Below, piece after piece: positions 1-9,376 of a DNA stretch of 64,000 nucleotides. Source of the stretch: an uncultured delta proteobacterium (lineage in GTDB: Bacteria > Myxococcota_A > Polyangia > Polyangiales > Polyangiaceae). The stretch lies in the NCBI GenBank assembly GCA_963716725.1, contig CAVQUB010000003.1, forward strand, positions 237,978 through 301,977, read 5' to 3'. The position numbers were made by a program, and so were the translations under genes. The notes under the pieces were generated by a model, which worked only from the letters and a program-made list of their open reading frames with translations, did no database searches and was not told where the DNA came from. Numbering within the stretch: position 1 is the first letter of the stretch; the number at the start of each line of letters is the position of its first letter.

Positions 1-415
1 GCGCGAACGCCGCGGCGTGCAGCACCGCCAACGCCGGCCCCTTGTCGTCCGTCGCGCCACGCGCGTAGTAGCGGTCGCCCTCGATGGACATGCGAAAGGG
101 CTCACGCTCCCAGGCGTCTCCGTCAGCGGGTTGCACGTCGAGATGGTTGTAAATGCTCACCGTGGGCTGCTTGCGGTCACTCACGAACCGGCCCACGACC
201 ACTGGGTTGCCACGTGTCTTCAGGATCTCGGCGCTGCCGCCCAGCCTGACCACCGCCTTGGCCGCGGCTTCGGCGCCTCGCGCGATGTCAGGGCGATGCT
301 CGGGGGCAAGGCTGATGCTCGGGATCTCGACCCACCGGCGCAGCTCTGACTCGTATTTCGATCGCACGCCGCGCACGTAAATGTCGAGCGCCTTCGGATC
401 GATGCCGACAACCAT
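1..415 (-). CDS. M20/M25/M40 family metallopeptidase (runs off window start, 3' part missing)
   Basis: Manual minus-strand translation (not in ORF track): MVVGIDPKALDIYVRGVRSKYESELRRWVEIPSIS...PTVSIYNHLDVQPADGDAWEREPFRMSIEGDRYYARGATDDKGP, with the M20 HxDV and RGAxDDKG motifs. Confidence 0.9.
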   Translation of the reverse strand, partial: MVVGIDPKALDIYVRGVRSKYESELRRWVEIPSISLAPEHRPDIARGAEAAAKAVVRLGGSAEILKTRGNPVVVGRFVSDRKQPTVSIYNHLDVQPADGDAWEREPFRMSIEGDRYYARGATDDKGPALAVLHAAAFA

Positions 416-519
416 GCGGCGCATCCTAGCAGGTCGGTCTCGAGTTCCGCGCGCAGATTGATCGCCTCGGATCGCCGGACGCGACACGTCGATCCGCTGA
501 CCGACGCCCTGGTTGCCGC

Positions 520-1539
520 TCAGGGGCAGTGCCACTTCAAGCCGCTGCCGTCATAGCGACAGCGACAGTACGAATTTGCGTACGGACACAGCGCTTGGCT
601 GTCGCTACAGGCGCTCTCGGCAGCCGGCTTCGCTGTCGGGCAGGTCAGGCAACTCCAGTTGGTGGTCGTGCCGCCGCACCCGCAGGCGTTGTTGCCGTAG
701 TTGCAGGTGTCATCGTAGCCGTTGCAGTTGGCTCCGTCGTTCGGCTCGCTCTGCGGGCACGGGTTGCAGTGCCAGGTCCCACCCCAGCAAGTGCACTGGT
801 TGTTGCTGTACTTGCAGATCGTCCCAGGAGCGCTGCACGACGAGTTGTTCTGCGGCGCAGCGGGCGAACACGCGCTGGTCGTTCCACCGCTGCCACCCGC
901 GCCGCCGCTGCCGCCCGCGCCGCCGGTCGTTCCACCGCTGCCGCCGGTCGTTCCTCCGCTGCCGCCGGTCGTTCCACCGCTGCCGCCGGTCGTTCCACCG
1001 CTGCCGCCGGTCGTGCCTCCGCTGCCGCCGGTCGTTCCACCGCTGCCACCGGTCGTTCCACCGCTGCCACCGGTCGTGCCGCCGCTGCCGCCCGCGCCGC
1101 CACTGCCGCCCGCGCCGCCCGCGCCGCCACTGCCGCCCGCGCCGCCACTGCCGCCCGCGCCGCCGCTGCCGCCCGCGCCGCCGGTCGTTCCACCGCTGCC
1201 GCCGGTCGTTCCACCGCTGCCGCCGGTCGTTCCACCGCTGCCGCCGGTCGCGCCGCCGCTGCCGCCGGTCGTGCCACCGCTGCCGCCGGTCGTTCCACCG
1301 CTGCCGCCGGTCGTGCCACCGCTGCCGCCGGTCGTGCCACCGCTGCCGGCAGACCCGCCCGTCGCTCCGCCGGAGCCACCGGTGTTCCCGGAACCGCCAG
1401 CGCCACCCGTGGCGCCGCCGCTTCCCCCGGTGTTCGAACTGCCTCCAGTTCCGAACTGGAACTCTTCGTAGTCGTTCGAACAGGCAACGGCCAGCGCGAC
1501 GGTCGCGCTGACAACCCAAAGCGTGCGACGTCGGATCAT
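520..1539 (-). CDS. Lipoprotein with long Gly/Ser/Thr repeat stalk and three 6-Cys C-terminal repeats
   Basis: MIRRRTLWVVSATVALAVAC lipobox; GGSGGTT repeats; 3 x C-x4-P-x5-C-x6-C-x-Y-x4-C-x-C-xn-W-x-C. Confidence 0.85.
   Translation of the reverse strand: MIRRRTLWVVSATVALAVACSNDYEEFQFGTGGSSNTGGSGGATGGAGGSGNTGGSGGATGGSAGSGGTTGGSGGTTGGSGGTTGGSGGTTGGSGGATGGSGGTTGGSGGTTGGSGGTTGGAGGSGGAGGSGGAGGSGGAGGAGGSGGAGGSGGTTGGSGGTTGGSGGTTGGSGGTTGGSGGTTGGSGGTTGGSGGTTGGSGGTTGGAGGSGGAGGSGGTTSACSPAAPQNNSSCSAPGTICKYSNNQCTCWGGTWHCNPCPQSEPNDGANCNGYDDTCNYGNNACGCGGTTTNWSCLTCPTAKPAAESACSDSQALCPYANSYCRCRYDGSGLKWHCP
877..1350. repeat. Coding tandem repeat: two blocks of 8 x 21-bp (GGSGGTT) units separated by 18-bp GGAGGS units
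   Basis: Unit ccgctgccgccggtcgttcca read directly from sequence, synonymous variants between copies. Confidence 0.95.
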
Positions 1540-1618
1540 GGTCGAACCTTGGATCAGATTCGCACGCCGCGCGCCAAAGTGCCAGCTACGTCCGCTCGCA
1601 CCTCGGAGCACACGGTCG

Positions 1619-3511
1619 CTATTTCTTCTTCATGGTGGGGGGCGGGAGGGGATCCGGCGGCGGCGGCGGCGGCGGTCTGAAGCCGGTGTTCGTGGTGGTC
1701 GGCGGCGGAGGTGGATCCATGGGCGGCACCAGATCCGGCGGTGGCTGCGCGAACTCCGACGCATCCGGCTTGGGCTGGATCTCGAGGGCCTGACCCGCGT
1801 CTGCCAGGACGGGCGGGCCTTCGTGCTGCTCGCGCATGTGGGGCGGCGGCAGCGGATCGGGCGGCGGCGGCGCCAGCGGATCACAGGCCAAGGGAGTGAG
1901 CGCGATGGCAGCTGCGGCGGCCGCGCCCCAGCGCGGAACCGCGCGGGTCCTGGCCACGCCATGCACCGCACTCGAGATGGCGTGACTCACCTCGGCGACG
2001 CGGGCTCCAAGGGAGCGGTTCGCGCGCTCGACCTCCTCGAAGACAATGCCCGAGAAATCGTCGAAGGCCGCGGCATCGAGCGACGGCGGCGACTCGGCAA
2101 AATCGACGATCTCGTTCATGCGCGCCACCGAGTCCAGGTTCACCTGCCGGATGGTTTCGATCGTGCGAGCATGGAGCGTCGAGGTCCGCGCCTTCGGATA
2201 AAACTGCCGCAGCAAGTGCCAGTAGTAGCCGAGCGACAGGTTGCTGTTCATCAGCCCGTCGCAACGGAAGTTCCGATCGAGGAAGGTCCTCGCGAAAATG
2301 CGAAAGGCGCGCTCCGCCGCTGGGTCGCTGATCTCGTAGTCCCACCCGAAGACGTCGCCCACCAGCCGCTGCTCGCGCGCGAGCTTCTGGTGGAGCGGCG
2401 TGCCCGGGTAGATCTCGGTTCGGCAGAAGTTCATCGGCACGTCGGCGTTGCGCTTCAAGAAGGCGAGGCTCTCGCGCAGCGACCGAATGCGGGTCTCCGG
2501 ATCGAAGATCAGCATGTTGAAGCAGGCGTAGACGTCGATCTCGCGCAAGAAATCCAGGGCGCGTTGGTTCTGCGCGATGTCCACGCCGCGCCCGAGAGTC
2601 TTGAGCCCCTGGGTGCTGCCGGCCTCGATCCCGATGTACATGCGCAGCAGCCCGATCTCCCGCAGCACGCGGAACACCTCGGTGTCGAGATCGTCGGGAC
2701 GGGCTTTGAGCACCAAGGCGACGTCGTTCACACCACGCCGCCGGAATGCGTCGCGCAAGCTCGTGACGCGCGCCAGGTCGCGGACGGCGTTGCGGGTGAA
2801 GAAGTCGTCATCGTGAAACACGAGCATTCGTGCGCCGCGCTCGCTACGCACCGCGGCGACCTCGTCAGCGACGTTGTCTGCGCTGCGCGAGCGGTAGCGC
2901 TCTCCCCCTGCGTCGGCGATGTAGGCGTGGATGCAGCAGAAGGTGCAGTGGCCATAGCAGCCTCGGGTACCCACCAAGAACGCCGCAGGGATGCCCATGT
3001 GCAGCTGCGGCTCCCCGGTACGCACCGGGAAGTGAATCGCGTCGAGGTCCGATGCCAGCGGCCGAGGCGGGGCTGCGTAGATGCTGCCATCCGGCCGGCG
3101 CTGCACCAGACCGGCCACGTCGTCCAGTGACGCACCGAGCCGCTCGCACAACTCGACCAGGGTCGACTCGCCCTCGTGTCGCACGACGCTGTCGATGCTG
3201 GGAAAGCGCTCCAGCACCTCGCGATAGGCAAAGGTGGGGAAGTGCCCGCCAACCGTCAGGTGTCCCGAAAAGCCTCCGTCGCGCAGGCTTCCCGCGAGCT
3301 GCCCAAACTCCTCGGCACGCCGCTGAAACGTCATCGACAAGCCGATCACGTCAGGCTCGAAGCGACGCGCGGCCTCGTGCACCGTCGCCGTGTCCGCCGG
3401 CGATGAGAAGGGCGCCAGCTCGCTGCGATGCCCGGCCGCATCGAGCGCCGACGCGAGGTAACGAATCGCCAGGTTCTCCTCCAACTCCGACCCCACGAGC
3501 AGCACTTTCAT
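1619..3511 (-). CDS. Cobalamin-binding radical SAM protein (class B methyltransferase-like) with C-terminal hydrophobic and Pro-rich extension
   Basis: N-terminal B12-binding fold motifs (ENLAIRYLAS, DVIGLS, VGGHFPT); TRGCYGHCTFC CxxxCxxC; FHDDDF; YIGIEAG; tail WGAAAAAAIALTPLACDPLAPPPPDPLPPP...DPLPPPTMKKK. Confidence 0.93.
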   Translation of the reverse strand: MKVLLVGSELEENLAIRYLASALDAAGHRSELAPFSSPADTATVHEAARRFEPDVIGLSMTFQRRAEEFGQLAGSLRDGGFSGHLTVGGHFPTFAYREVLERFPSIDSVVRHEGESTLVELCERLGASLDDVAGLVQRRPDGSIYAAPPRPLASDLDAIHFPVRTGEPQLHMGIPAAFLVGTRGCYGHCTFCCIHAYIADAGGERYRSRSADNVADEVAAVRSERGARMLVFHDDDFFTRNAVRDLARVTSLRDAFRRRGVNDVALVLKARPDDLDTEVFRVLREIGLLRMYIGIEAGSTQGLKTLGRGVDIAQNQRALDFLREIDVYACFNMLIFDPETRIRSLRESLAFLKRNADVPMNFCRTEIYPGTPLHQKLAREQRLVGDVFGWDYEISDPAAERAFRIFARTFLDRNFRCDGLMNSNLSLGYYWHLLRQFYPKARTSTLHARTIETIRQVNLDSVARMNEIVDFAESPPSLDAAAFDDFSGIVFEEVERANRSLGARVAEVSHAISSAVHGVARTRAVPRWGAAAAAAIALTPLACDPLAPPPPDPLPPPHMREQHEGPPVLADAGQALEIQPKPDASEFAQPPPDLVPPMDPPPPPTTTNTGFRPPPPPPPDPLPPPTMKKK

Positions 3512-3623
3512 GCGCGACCTCCCAGGCGGTGAGTCTGCCAGACTTCAATCGATCTGGAGGTCCAATAATGCGGTGGCGCCGGAGACGCGCTCGACCCACG
3601 CGGGCCTGTGCTATTTTGCGCTG

Positions 3624-4853
3624 ATGCGCGGTCGATTTCTGGGTGTTGCTCTGTTCACGCTGTCGAGCCTGGCGAGCGCCTACGACGAGAACCACGTGTT
3701 CATCACCAATCGCGGTGGCAACAACGTGCTCGAGCTCGACGAGAACCTGACCTACGTCAAGAGCTGGTTCGACGGGGCGGCCCTCAGCGTGCCCAACGGC
3801 ATGGCCTTCGATCCTCTCGACCGCCTCTACTTGGCCGACACGGGCAACGACCGCATCGTCGTGTTCGACGACAAGGGCGCCGTCGTCACGACCTGGGGCA
3901 CGAAGACGCTCTTGGCGCCGCAGGTCGAGAGCTTGAACTTCAACGCGGCGGGCAGGTTGTTCGCCAGCGCCAACCCAGGCAACGGCACGGTCGCAAGCTG
4001 GAAGAACGACGGCAGCGACCAGAAGGTGTTTGTCAGCGACTCGTCCTACCTGAGCCTGGGCAACGTGAACTTCAGCATGGGCGGCAACGTGCTGCTCGCG
4101 GACTTCTCGGGCTCCCGCGGCGTGCGCGAGCTGAACCCAACGACCGGCGCGCTCATCACCGAGTTCGGACAGGGCACGAGCAAACACGAAGACATGGTCG
4201 TCGACGCCGACGACAACGTCTTCGTCTCGGCGTTCACCCAGAACAAGATCCTGAAGTTCGACGCCACGCGAAAGCAGGTGGGAACCTATTCTCCTCCGGG
4301 TTTGGTTCAGCCCACTGGCATCGTCTTGACCGCCGGCTGCAAGCTGCTCGTGGCCTCGTTTGGCACCCACGAGATCTTCGAGCTCGACTATGACGGCACC
4401 TTCATCAAGAAGTTCACGGTTCCCGGCTTGTCGCTGCCCGAGAGCTTGGTGATCGCGAAGCTCTCGGTGGCCGGATCGATTTCCCTCGGCAAGGCCGTGC
4501 CGGACTGCGAGGGGCCCGACGGCGGCAGCGGTGGCGCGAGCGGCGGCGCCGGCGGCAGCGCGGGCAGCGGTGGCGCGAGCGGCGGCGCCGGCGGCACCGC
4601 GGGCGGCGGCGGGGCGGCCGGCAGCGGCGGCGCCAGCTCGGGGGGAAGCGCCGGCAAGGGCGGCGGCTCCGCGGCGACGGGTGGCGCGGCGAGCGGCGGC
4701 GCTCCGGCGAAGGGCGCCACGACCTCCGACGACGATGGCGGCTGCGGCTGTCGCGCGGCCCGATCAGATCCGCGTTCGAGCCTCGCCAGCGCCTTGATGC
4801 TGCTCGGGGTGGCGCTCTTGCGCCGGAAGCGCTCGCGTCTCGACGCCGAGTAA
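3624..4853 (+). CDS. Secreted NHL/SMP-30-like beta-propeller protein with Gly-rich linker and MYXO-CTERM sorting signal
   Basis: Signal peptide; PNGMAFD..LYLADTGNDRIVVFD NHL repeat; C-terminal DDDGGCGCRAA-hydrophobic-RRKR. Confidence 0.88.
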   Translation: MRGRFLGVALFTLSSLASAYDENHVFITNRGGNNVLELDENLTYVKSWFDGAALSVPNGMAFDPLDRLYLADTGNDRIVVFDDKGAVVTTWGTKTLLAPQVESLNFNAAGRLFASANPGNGTVASWKNDGSDQKVFVSDSSYLSLGNVNFSMGGNVLLADFSGSRGVRELNPTTGALITEFGQGTSKHEDMVVDADDNVFVSAFTQNKILKFDATRKQVGTYSPPGLVQPTGIVLTAGCKLLVASFGTHEIFELDYDGTFIKKFTVPGLSLPESLVIAKLSVAGSISLGKAVPDCEGPDGGSGGASGGAGGSAGSGGASGGAGGTAGGGGAAGSGGASSGGSAGKGGGSAATGGAASGGAPAKGATTSDDDGGCGCRAARSDPRSSLASALMLLGVALLRRKRSRLDAE

Positions 4854-4874
4854 AAGTCGCGCGAGGCTCGGCGC

Positions 4875-7367
4875 ATGCTTCAAGGCCTGCGTTGGCTGAC
4901 GGCGCTTCCGCTCGCATTCGTGACGATCGGCTGCGACGACGAACATCTCGAACGTGGCCCGCTCCTGGTGTCCGATGGCGCCAGCGTGCAGGTTCGGCTC
5001 TCGCCCTTCGGGCTCGAGATCCGAGATGCGGACCAGCGGCCCGTGCTGGAGACCACTCGCGGCAGCCGCGACGATGGCTACGGGGGTCCCGGCGTCACGG
5101 TGGACAGCCCCGACTTCGTCTCCCAGGTGTTGCCGGGCTGGGACGGCTACCGTGCCAATGAAGCACCTTGGCACAGCGGGCTGGTGGCCACGGTGCGCGA
5201 GGCGGACCAGACGTCGGTGGTGCTGGATCTCGATGGCGACGGCACACATATGGTGTTTCGCGTGCAGGTCGAGGCGTCCCGCGTGCGGCTGTCCCTCGGC
5301 GCCGGCGCCAGCGCGGGCGGCTCCGACGCGCTGAACAAGACCACTCTTGGATTTCGCTCTCACCCCGACGAGAGCTTCTTCGGGATGGGTGAGCGCTTCG
5401 GCGAGGTCGATCATCGGGGCTGGCCCATCTACAGCTACGCCGAAGAAGGGGCCCTGGGCAGAGGCGAGAACACACCCATTGGCGAGGAAAACCCCTTTCC
5501 GAACGGGCCGAGCATGACCTATTTCCCGGTCCCCTTCTTCATGTCGAGCCGCGGCTACGCCGTGCACGCCGACACGACCTACCGCAGCGAGGTGCACTTC
5601 ACCTCCGAGCGCGAAGACGCCTGGCGCCTCGCCGTCAACGCCGATCACTTCGACGCGACGGTGTACGTCAACGCCGATCCACTGCTGAGCCTCGATCAGT
5701 ACACGGAGGACACGGGGCGGCCGCCCGTGCCCGCGCAGTGGGTGTTCGGACCCCGACGCCGCGTGGGTTCGAATTCGATGGTCGACGGTGTGCCCGAGTG
5801 GAAGCTGATGCGCGACCGCGACGTGCCCTGCACCGGCGTGGACGACTCCGTGCATTTTCTGCCCGCGCTCTCCCACAAGGGCCGTGAAGCGGAGCTCTCC
5901 GCCTGGACCTCTGCCGCCCACGCCGCGGGCTACAAGGTCATGGCGTACAACAACCCCTACGTCGCCTCGAACCACGACAACGCGCTCGACGACTACGCCT
6001 ACGGCAAACAGCAGGGCTTCTTCGTCAAAGGGCCCGACGGCCAGCCGACGCTCACCGAGTTCATCTCGGGACAGCTGCTCGAAGTCGCGGCCATCGATCT
6101 GACGAACCCCGCCGCCGACGCCTGGTTCCAGAGCCTGCTGAAGCGCACGCTCGATCTCGGCTACGACGGCTGGATGCACGACTTCGGCGAGTACACGCCG
6201 CGCGACGCGGTGTTCCACGACGGGCGGCGCGGGGACGAGGTGCATGACGAGTATCCCGTGCTGTCGGCCAAGTCGGCCCACGATCTGTTGGAGCGCGAAC
6301 GACCGGGCGACTACCTCTTCTTCGTGCGATCGGGCTACAGCGGAACCCAGCGTTGGGTTCCCGCGGTGTGGGGCGGCGACGCCGAAGCAAACTTCGACGA
6401 GAGCCAAGGTTTGCCGTCAACGCTGCGCGCCGGCATCAGCCTGTCGATGAGCGGCGTGCCCTATTGGGGCAGCGACATGACGGGCTTCAAATGCCTGACC
6501 GCAGCGCCCCGTGACAAAGAGGTCTTCTTGCGCTGGGTCGAGTTCGGCGCGGTTTCACCGATCATGATGGAACAGAACGCCTGCTCGAACCCCCTCGGCA
6601 AGCAGACCAAGTGGTCGCTCTGGAAGGACGACGAAACCGTCGAGGTCTACTCGCGCTACGCGCGGCTACACACTCGCCTGCAACCGTACTTTCTCACGCT
6701 GGCGCGCGAGGCAAACGCCAGCGGTCGCCCGCTCTCGCTGCACCCGTTTCTGATCTTTCCCGAGTCGCCTGCGGCCCGCGCCGTCGACGATGCGTACTAT
6801 CTCGGGCCCGCGCTCTACACGTCGCCGGTGGTGCGGCGGGGGCAGCTCGACAAGAAGACCTGGCTACCCCCGGGACGCTTCGTGCACTTCGACACTTACG
6901 AGCTCTTCGCCGGCGACCAAGTCGTCAGCATCGCCGCGCCCCTCGGCCGGCTCCCGCTCCTGCTCGTCGAAAACCAAATCCTCCCGCTGCTCGACCCCAG
7001 CATCGACACCTTGGTGCCCGCAACCGACGCTGACGTGGTCAGCCTCGACGATGTCGCCGATCGCCTCGACGTGAAGGTCGTGCTCGGCGCGAGCGGGCAG
7101 GCGCGGCTCGAGCTCGCAGACGGCACGGTGCTGGAGGCGGTGCGTGCCAGCCAAGACGCGGGCAACCCCGACGCCCTGGCCAAGGTCACCGACAGTGAAA
7201 TTGCGAATTGCACGGCCTGCTTCATCGACGACCAGAAGGGCGATACGAAGCGAGTGCGCGTGACCACCGCGTTGGCGTCGGGCTCGGACCTGCGTTGGGG
7301 CGATCTGCGGCTGGTGGTCAGCGGCGGTCCGGCGCGCCGAGTGCGCTGGGAAGTGCTGCGGCTCTGA
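4875..7367 (+). CDS. Glycoside hydrolase family 31 lipoprotein
   Basis: Lipobox VTIGC; FFGMGERF, TYFPVPFFMSSRGY, IDLTNP, nucleophile motif WMHDFGE, WGGD, GSDMTGF, RWVEFGA. Confidence 0.92.
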   Translation: MLQGLRWLTALPLAFVTIGCDDEHLERGPLLVSDGASVQVRLSPFGLEIRDADQRPVLETTRGSRDDGYGGPGVTVDSPDFVSQVLPGWDGYRANEAPWHSGLVATVREADQTSVVLDLDGDGTHMVFRVQVEASRVRLSLGAGASAGGSDALNKTTLGFRSHPDESFFGMGERFGEVDHRGWPIYSYAEEGALGRGENTPIGEENPFPNGPSMTYFPVPFFMSSRGYAVHADTTYRSEVHFTSEREDAWRLAVNADHFDATVYVNADPLLSLDQYTEDTGRPPVPAQWVFGPRRRVGSNSMVDGVPEWKLMRDRDVPCTGVDDSVHFLPALSHKGREAELSAWTSAAHAAGYKVMAYNNPYVASNHDNALDDYAYGKQQGFFVKGPDGQPTLTEFISGQLLEVAAIDLTNPAADAWFQSLLKRTLDLGYDGWMHDFGEYTPRDAVFHDGRRGDEVHDEYPVLSAKSAHDLLERERPGDYLFFVRSGYSGTQRWVPAVWGGDAEANFDESQGLPSTLRAGISLSMSGVPYWGSDMTGFKCLTAAPRDKEVFLRWVEFGAVSPIMMEQNACSNPLGKQTKWSLWKDDETVEVYSRYARLHTRLQPYFLTLAREANASGRPLSLHPFLIFPESPAARAVDDAYYLGPALYTSPVVRRGQLDKKTWLPPGRFVHFDTYELFAGDQVVSIAAPLGRLPLLLVENQILPLLDPSIDTLVPATDADVVSLDDVADRLDVKVVLGASGQARLELADGTVLEAVRASQDAGNPDALAKVTDSEIANCTACFIDDQKGDTKRVRVTTALASGSDLRWGDLRLVVSGGPARRVRWEVLRL

Positions 7368-7400
7368 GCCCGGGAGGGGTCGCGACTCTCGGTCGTGGGC

Positions 7401-7766
7401 TCACTCCGCGGAGAGCGCTTGCGTCTTCACTTCGTCGAGCACCGTACTGAGCTCGGTGAGCGCGTTGGCCTTTCCGCTGGCTACCGATGAGGCCTGCTTC
7501 CGATATCCGAGATAGGCATTGCCGAGTCGGCGCATGGCACCGGTCAGTTGATCGACGCGCGCGGAGTCGGCCGTGGTTCCCTTGAAGACGCCCGCGGCGA
7601 GTCGATCCGTCGTTCCGAGCCGCGCGACCAAGCGCGACGCGCTGTCTTTGAGCGGATCAGGCGCAATGTCCGCCTCGTCCCAGTTTGCCAACCGAAGCGT
7701 GGCTTCGAGCGACTCGACGAGCTCCTCGAGAGCTTTTCGGAAAACCACGATCCGTTTGTCTTTCAT
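7401..7766 (-). CDS. Hypothetical helical protein
   Basis: Clean 121-aa ORF (MKDKRIVVFRKALEELVESLE...) with natural amphipathic composition. Confidence 0.65.
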   Translation of the reverse strand: MKDKRIVVFRKALEELVESLEATLRLANWDEADIAPDPLKDSASRLVARLGTTDRLAAGVFKGTTADSARVDQLTGAMRRLGNAYLGYRKQASSVASGKANALTELSTVLDEVKTQALSAE

Positions 7767-8063
7767 GTTCGTGACGAACTCGTAGCACCAAAACACCCCA
7801 GGTCTGACGATTGATTCGAAAGCGGTGTGAAATGGCTCCGCGCCGCCAAGCTCGGGGCGAATTGCAGCTGCGAGCCGCCGACTTCGTCACTCTCGCCACC
7901 CGGACTGACGTACGCGCGTGCGTCACGGGCGACCGAGCAGCGCGCGTTCCCCTGGGGCCGGAGCGCTTCCCTTGATGAGCAAGCTGCAACCCGAAGACTC
8001 GCTCCCAGAAGAGGAAGGCCATCTTGGCTGACGTTCGCGGAGTGAAAAGGCCAAGCGCGTGGG

Positions 8064-9167
8064 CTATCGCACGACGAGGCGCGCCCAGTCGCCGGTCGGA
8101 AAACTCGTCTCGTTGGCGAGAACCGCCACGGCATAGCCGAGCCTTGGGTAGACCCGAAGCTCGGAGCGATATCCGCCTCCGCCTCCCAGGTGGTACGCGA
8201 ACGGCTCCCCGCCGATCTGCCCCAGGTGCCAGCCGAGCCCGATCTCGGTTGCCTTGCCGCCGGACGTGACGAACGGCGTGAGCATGGTCGAAATCGTCGC
8301 CGTGGAGAGGAACACCCCGCCAGGCCCAAGCCCGTCGGCCAACACCATCTCGGCGAGCGCGAGCAGATCGTCGACCGGGCCGCTGAGGCCACCGTACGGC
8401 GCCCCATCGACGTCGAAGGGTCTGAGAACGCGATACGGACCAGCGCTTCCGTCAAAGAAGCGCCCATCGAGCATCCAACGTGCCGCGAGGCCCATGAAGC
8501 TCAGGCGCCGCTGGTAGCCAGTAGCCCTCTCGGATCTACCCCCGAAGGCCGAAGCTGCGCAGCCCAGGGGCTCGAGCACGTCCTTGGTGATGTGCTCTTG
8601 GAAGGTTTCGCCCGACTCGCGCTCGACGATGAGCCCGAGCAACAGGTAGCCCAGGTTCGAGTACGAGGACTTCTCGCCAGGGACGAAGGCGAGGTCGGGA
8701 GCCGTGCCGACTCGCTGCCGAACCATGTCGGCAAGCGAGGGAGGCGGTTCGGTGGTCAAGTGGACCCACGACACGGGAATCGGGTTTCTGAGCCCCGCGC
8801 CGTGCGCGAGAAGGTGCCGCACGGTGGCGTCGCGGCCCGAGCGCGCCACCCTTACTTCCGGCAGGTAGCGGCTCACGGGGGCATCGAGGTCGATGCGCTT
8901 GGCCTCGACCAGCCGCATGATCGCCATCGCCGTGAAGAGCTTGGTGATCGAGAACCATGCGAAGGGCGTCGATCGAGAGACCGGAGTGTTGCTCCTGACA
9001 TCGGCGAGCCCGGCACTTCGCACCGTTTTCGTGCCGCCGCGCCGCAGCGTCCCTACGACGACGCCAGGCGCGTCGGTCGCGCCGGCGAGCGCGCGTTCGA
9101 GCTCGCCCACGCCTACGTTCTCCAACCGCGTTGTCGCGCACCCGAACAGGTTCATGGCGATCACCAT
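8064..9167 (-). CDS. Serine hydrolase, beta-lactamase/AmpC-like family (start uncertain, possibly up to 9260)
   Basis: FSITK (SxxK), LLAHGAGL, YSNLGY (YxN), HLGG motifs. Confidence 0.9.
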   Translation of the reverse strand: MVIAMNLFGCATTRLENVGVGELERALAGATDAPGVVVGTLRRGGTKTVRSAGLADVRSNTPVSRSTPFAWFSITKLFTAMAIMRLVEAKRIDLDAPVSRYLPEVRVARSGRDATVRHLLAHGAGLRNPIPVSWVHLTTEPPPSLADMVRQRVGTAPDLAFVPGEKSSYSNLGYLLLGLIVERESGETFQEHITKDVLEPLGCAASAFGGRSERATGYQRRLSFMGLAARWMLDGRFFDGSAGPYRVLRPFDVDGAPYGGLSGPVDDLLALAEMVLADGLGPGGVFLSTATISTMLTPFVTSGGKATEIGLGWHLGQIGGEPFAYHLGGGGGYRSELRVYPRLGYAVAVLANETSFPTGDWARLVVR

Positions 9168-9376
9168 CGCGGCCAGCTGGTGCGGTGGAACAACTAGGAG
9201 AACGGGCTGCTCGAGAACTCTCTCGGTGATCAACCCGCCTGGATCCCGGCCCGAAGGCAAGGTGGATGTGTATCATACCAAGCACGTGATCGTGCGGTGC
9301 GGTGCGACCAGGGTCGCGGCAAACCGCTGTCGAACGGACCGGACACAGGGCCAGCAGCAGTCGTTGGCCCGCGCGA

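Noticed and set aside
877..1350. CRISPR array
   Set aside because: Contiguous in-frame coding repeats without unique spacers; no cas genes
513..1680. Plus-strand Pro-, Ala- and Arg/Cys-rich ORFs
   Set aside because: Antisense shadows of the Gly-repeat lipoprotein; the same applies to the many long antisense ORFs in this GC-rich window (e.g. 26563..28800, 43296..46028, 48710..51022)
4875..7367. Sulfoquinovosidase (YihQ) call
   Set aside because: WMHDFGE resembles the YihQ nucleophile motif, but I could not see the sulfonate-binding Arg/Trp segment and there are no sulfoglycolysis neighbours; left as GH31
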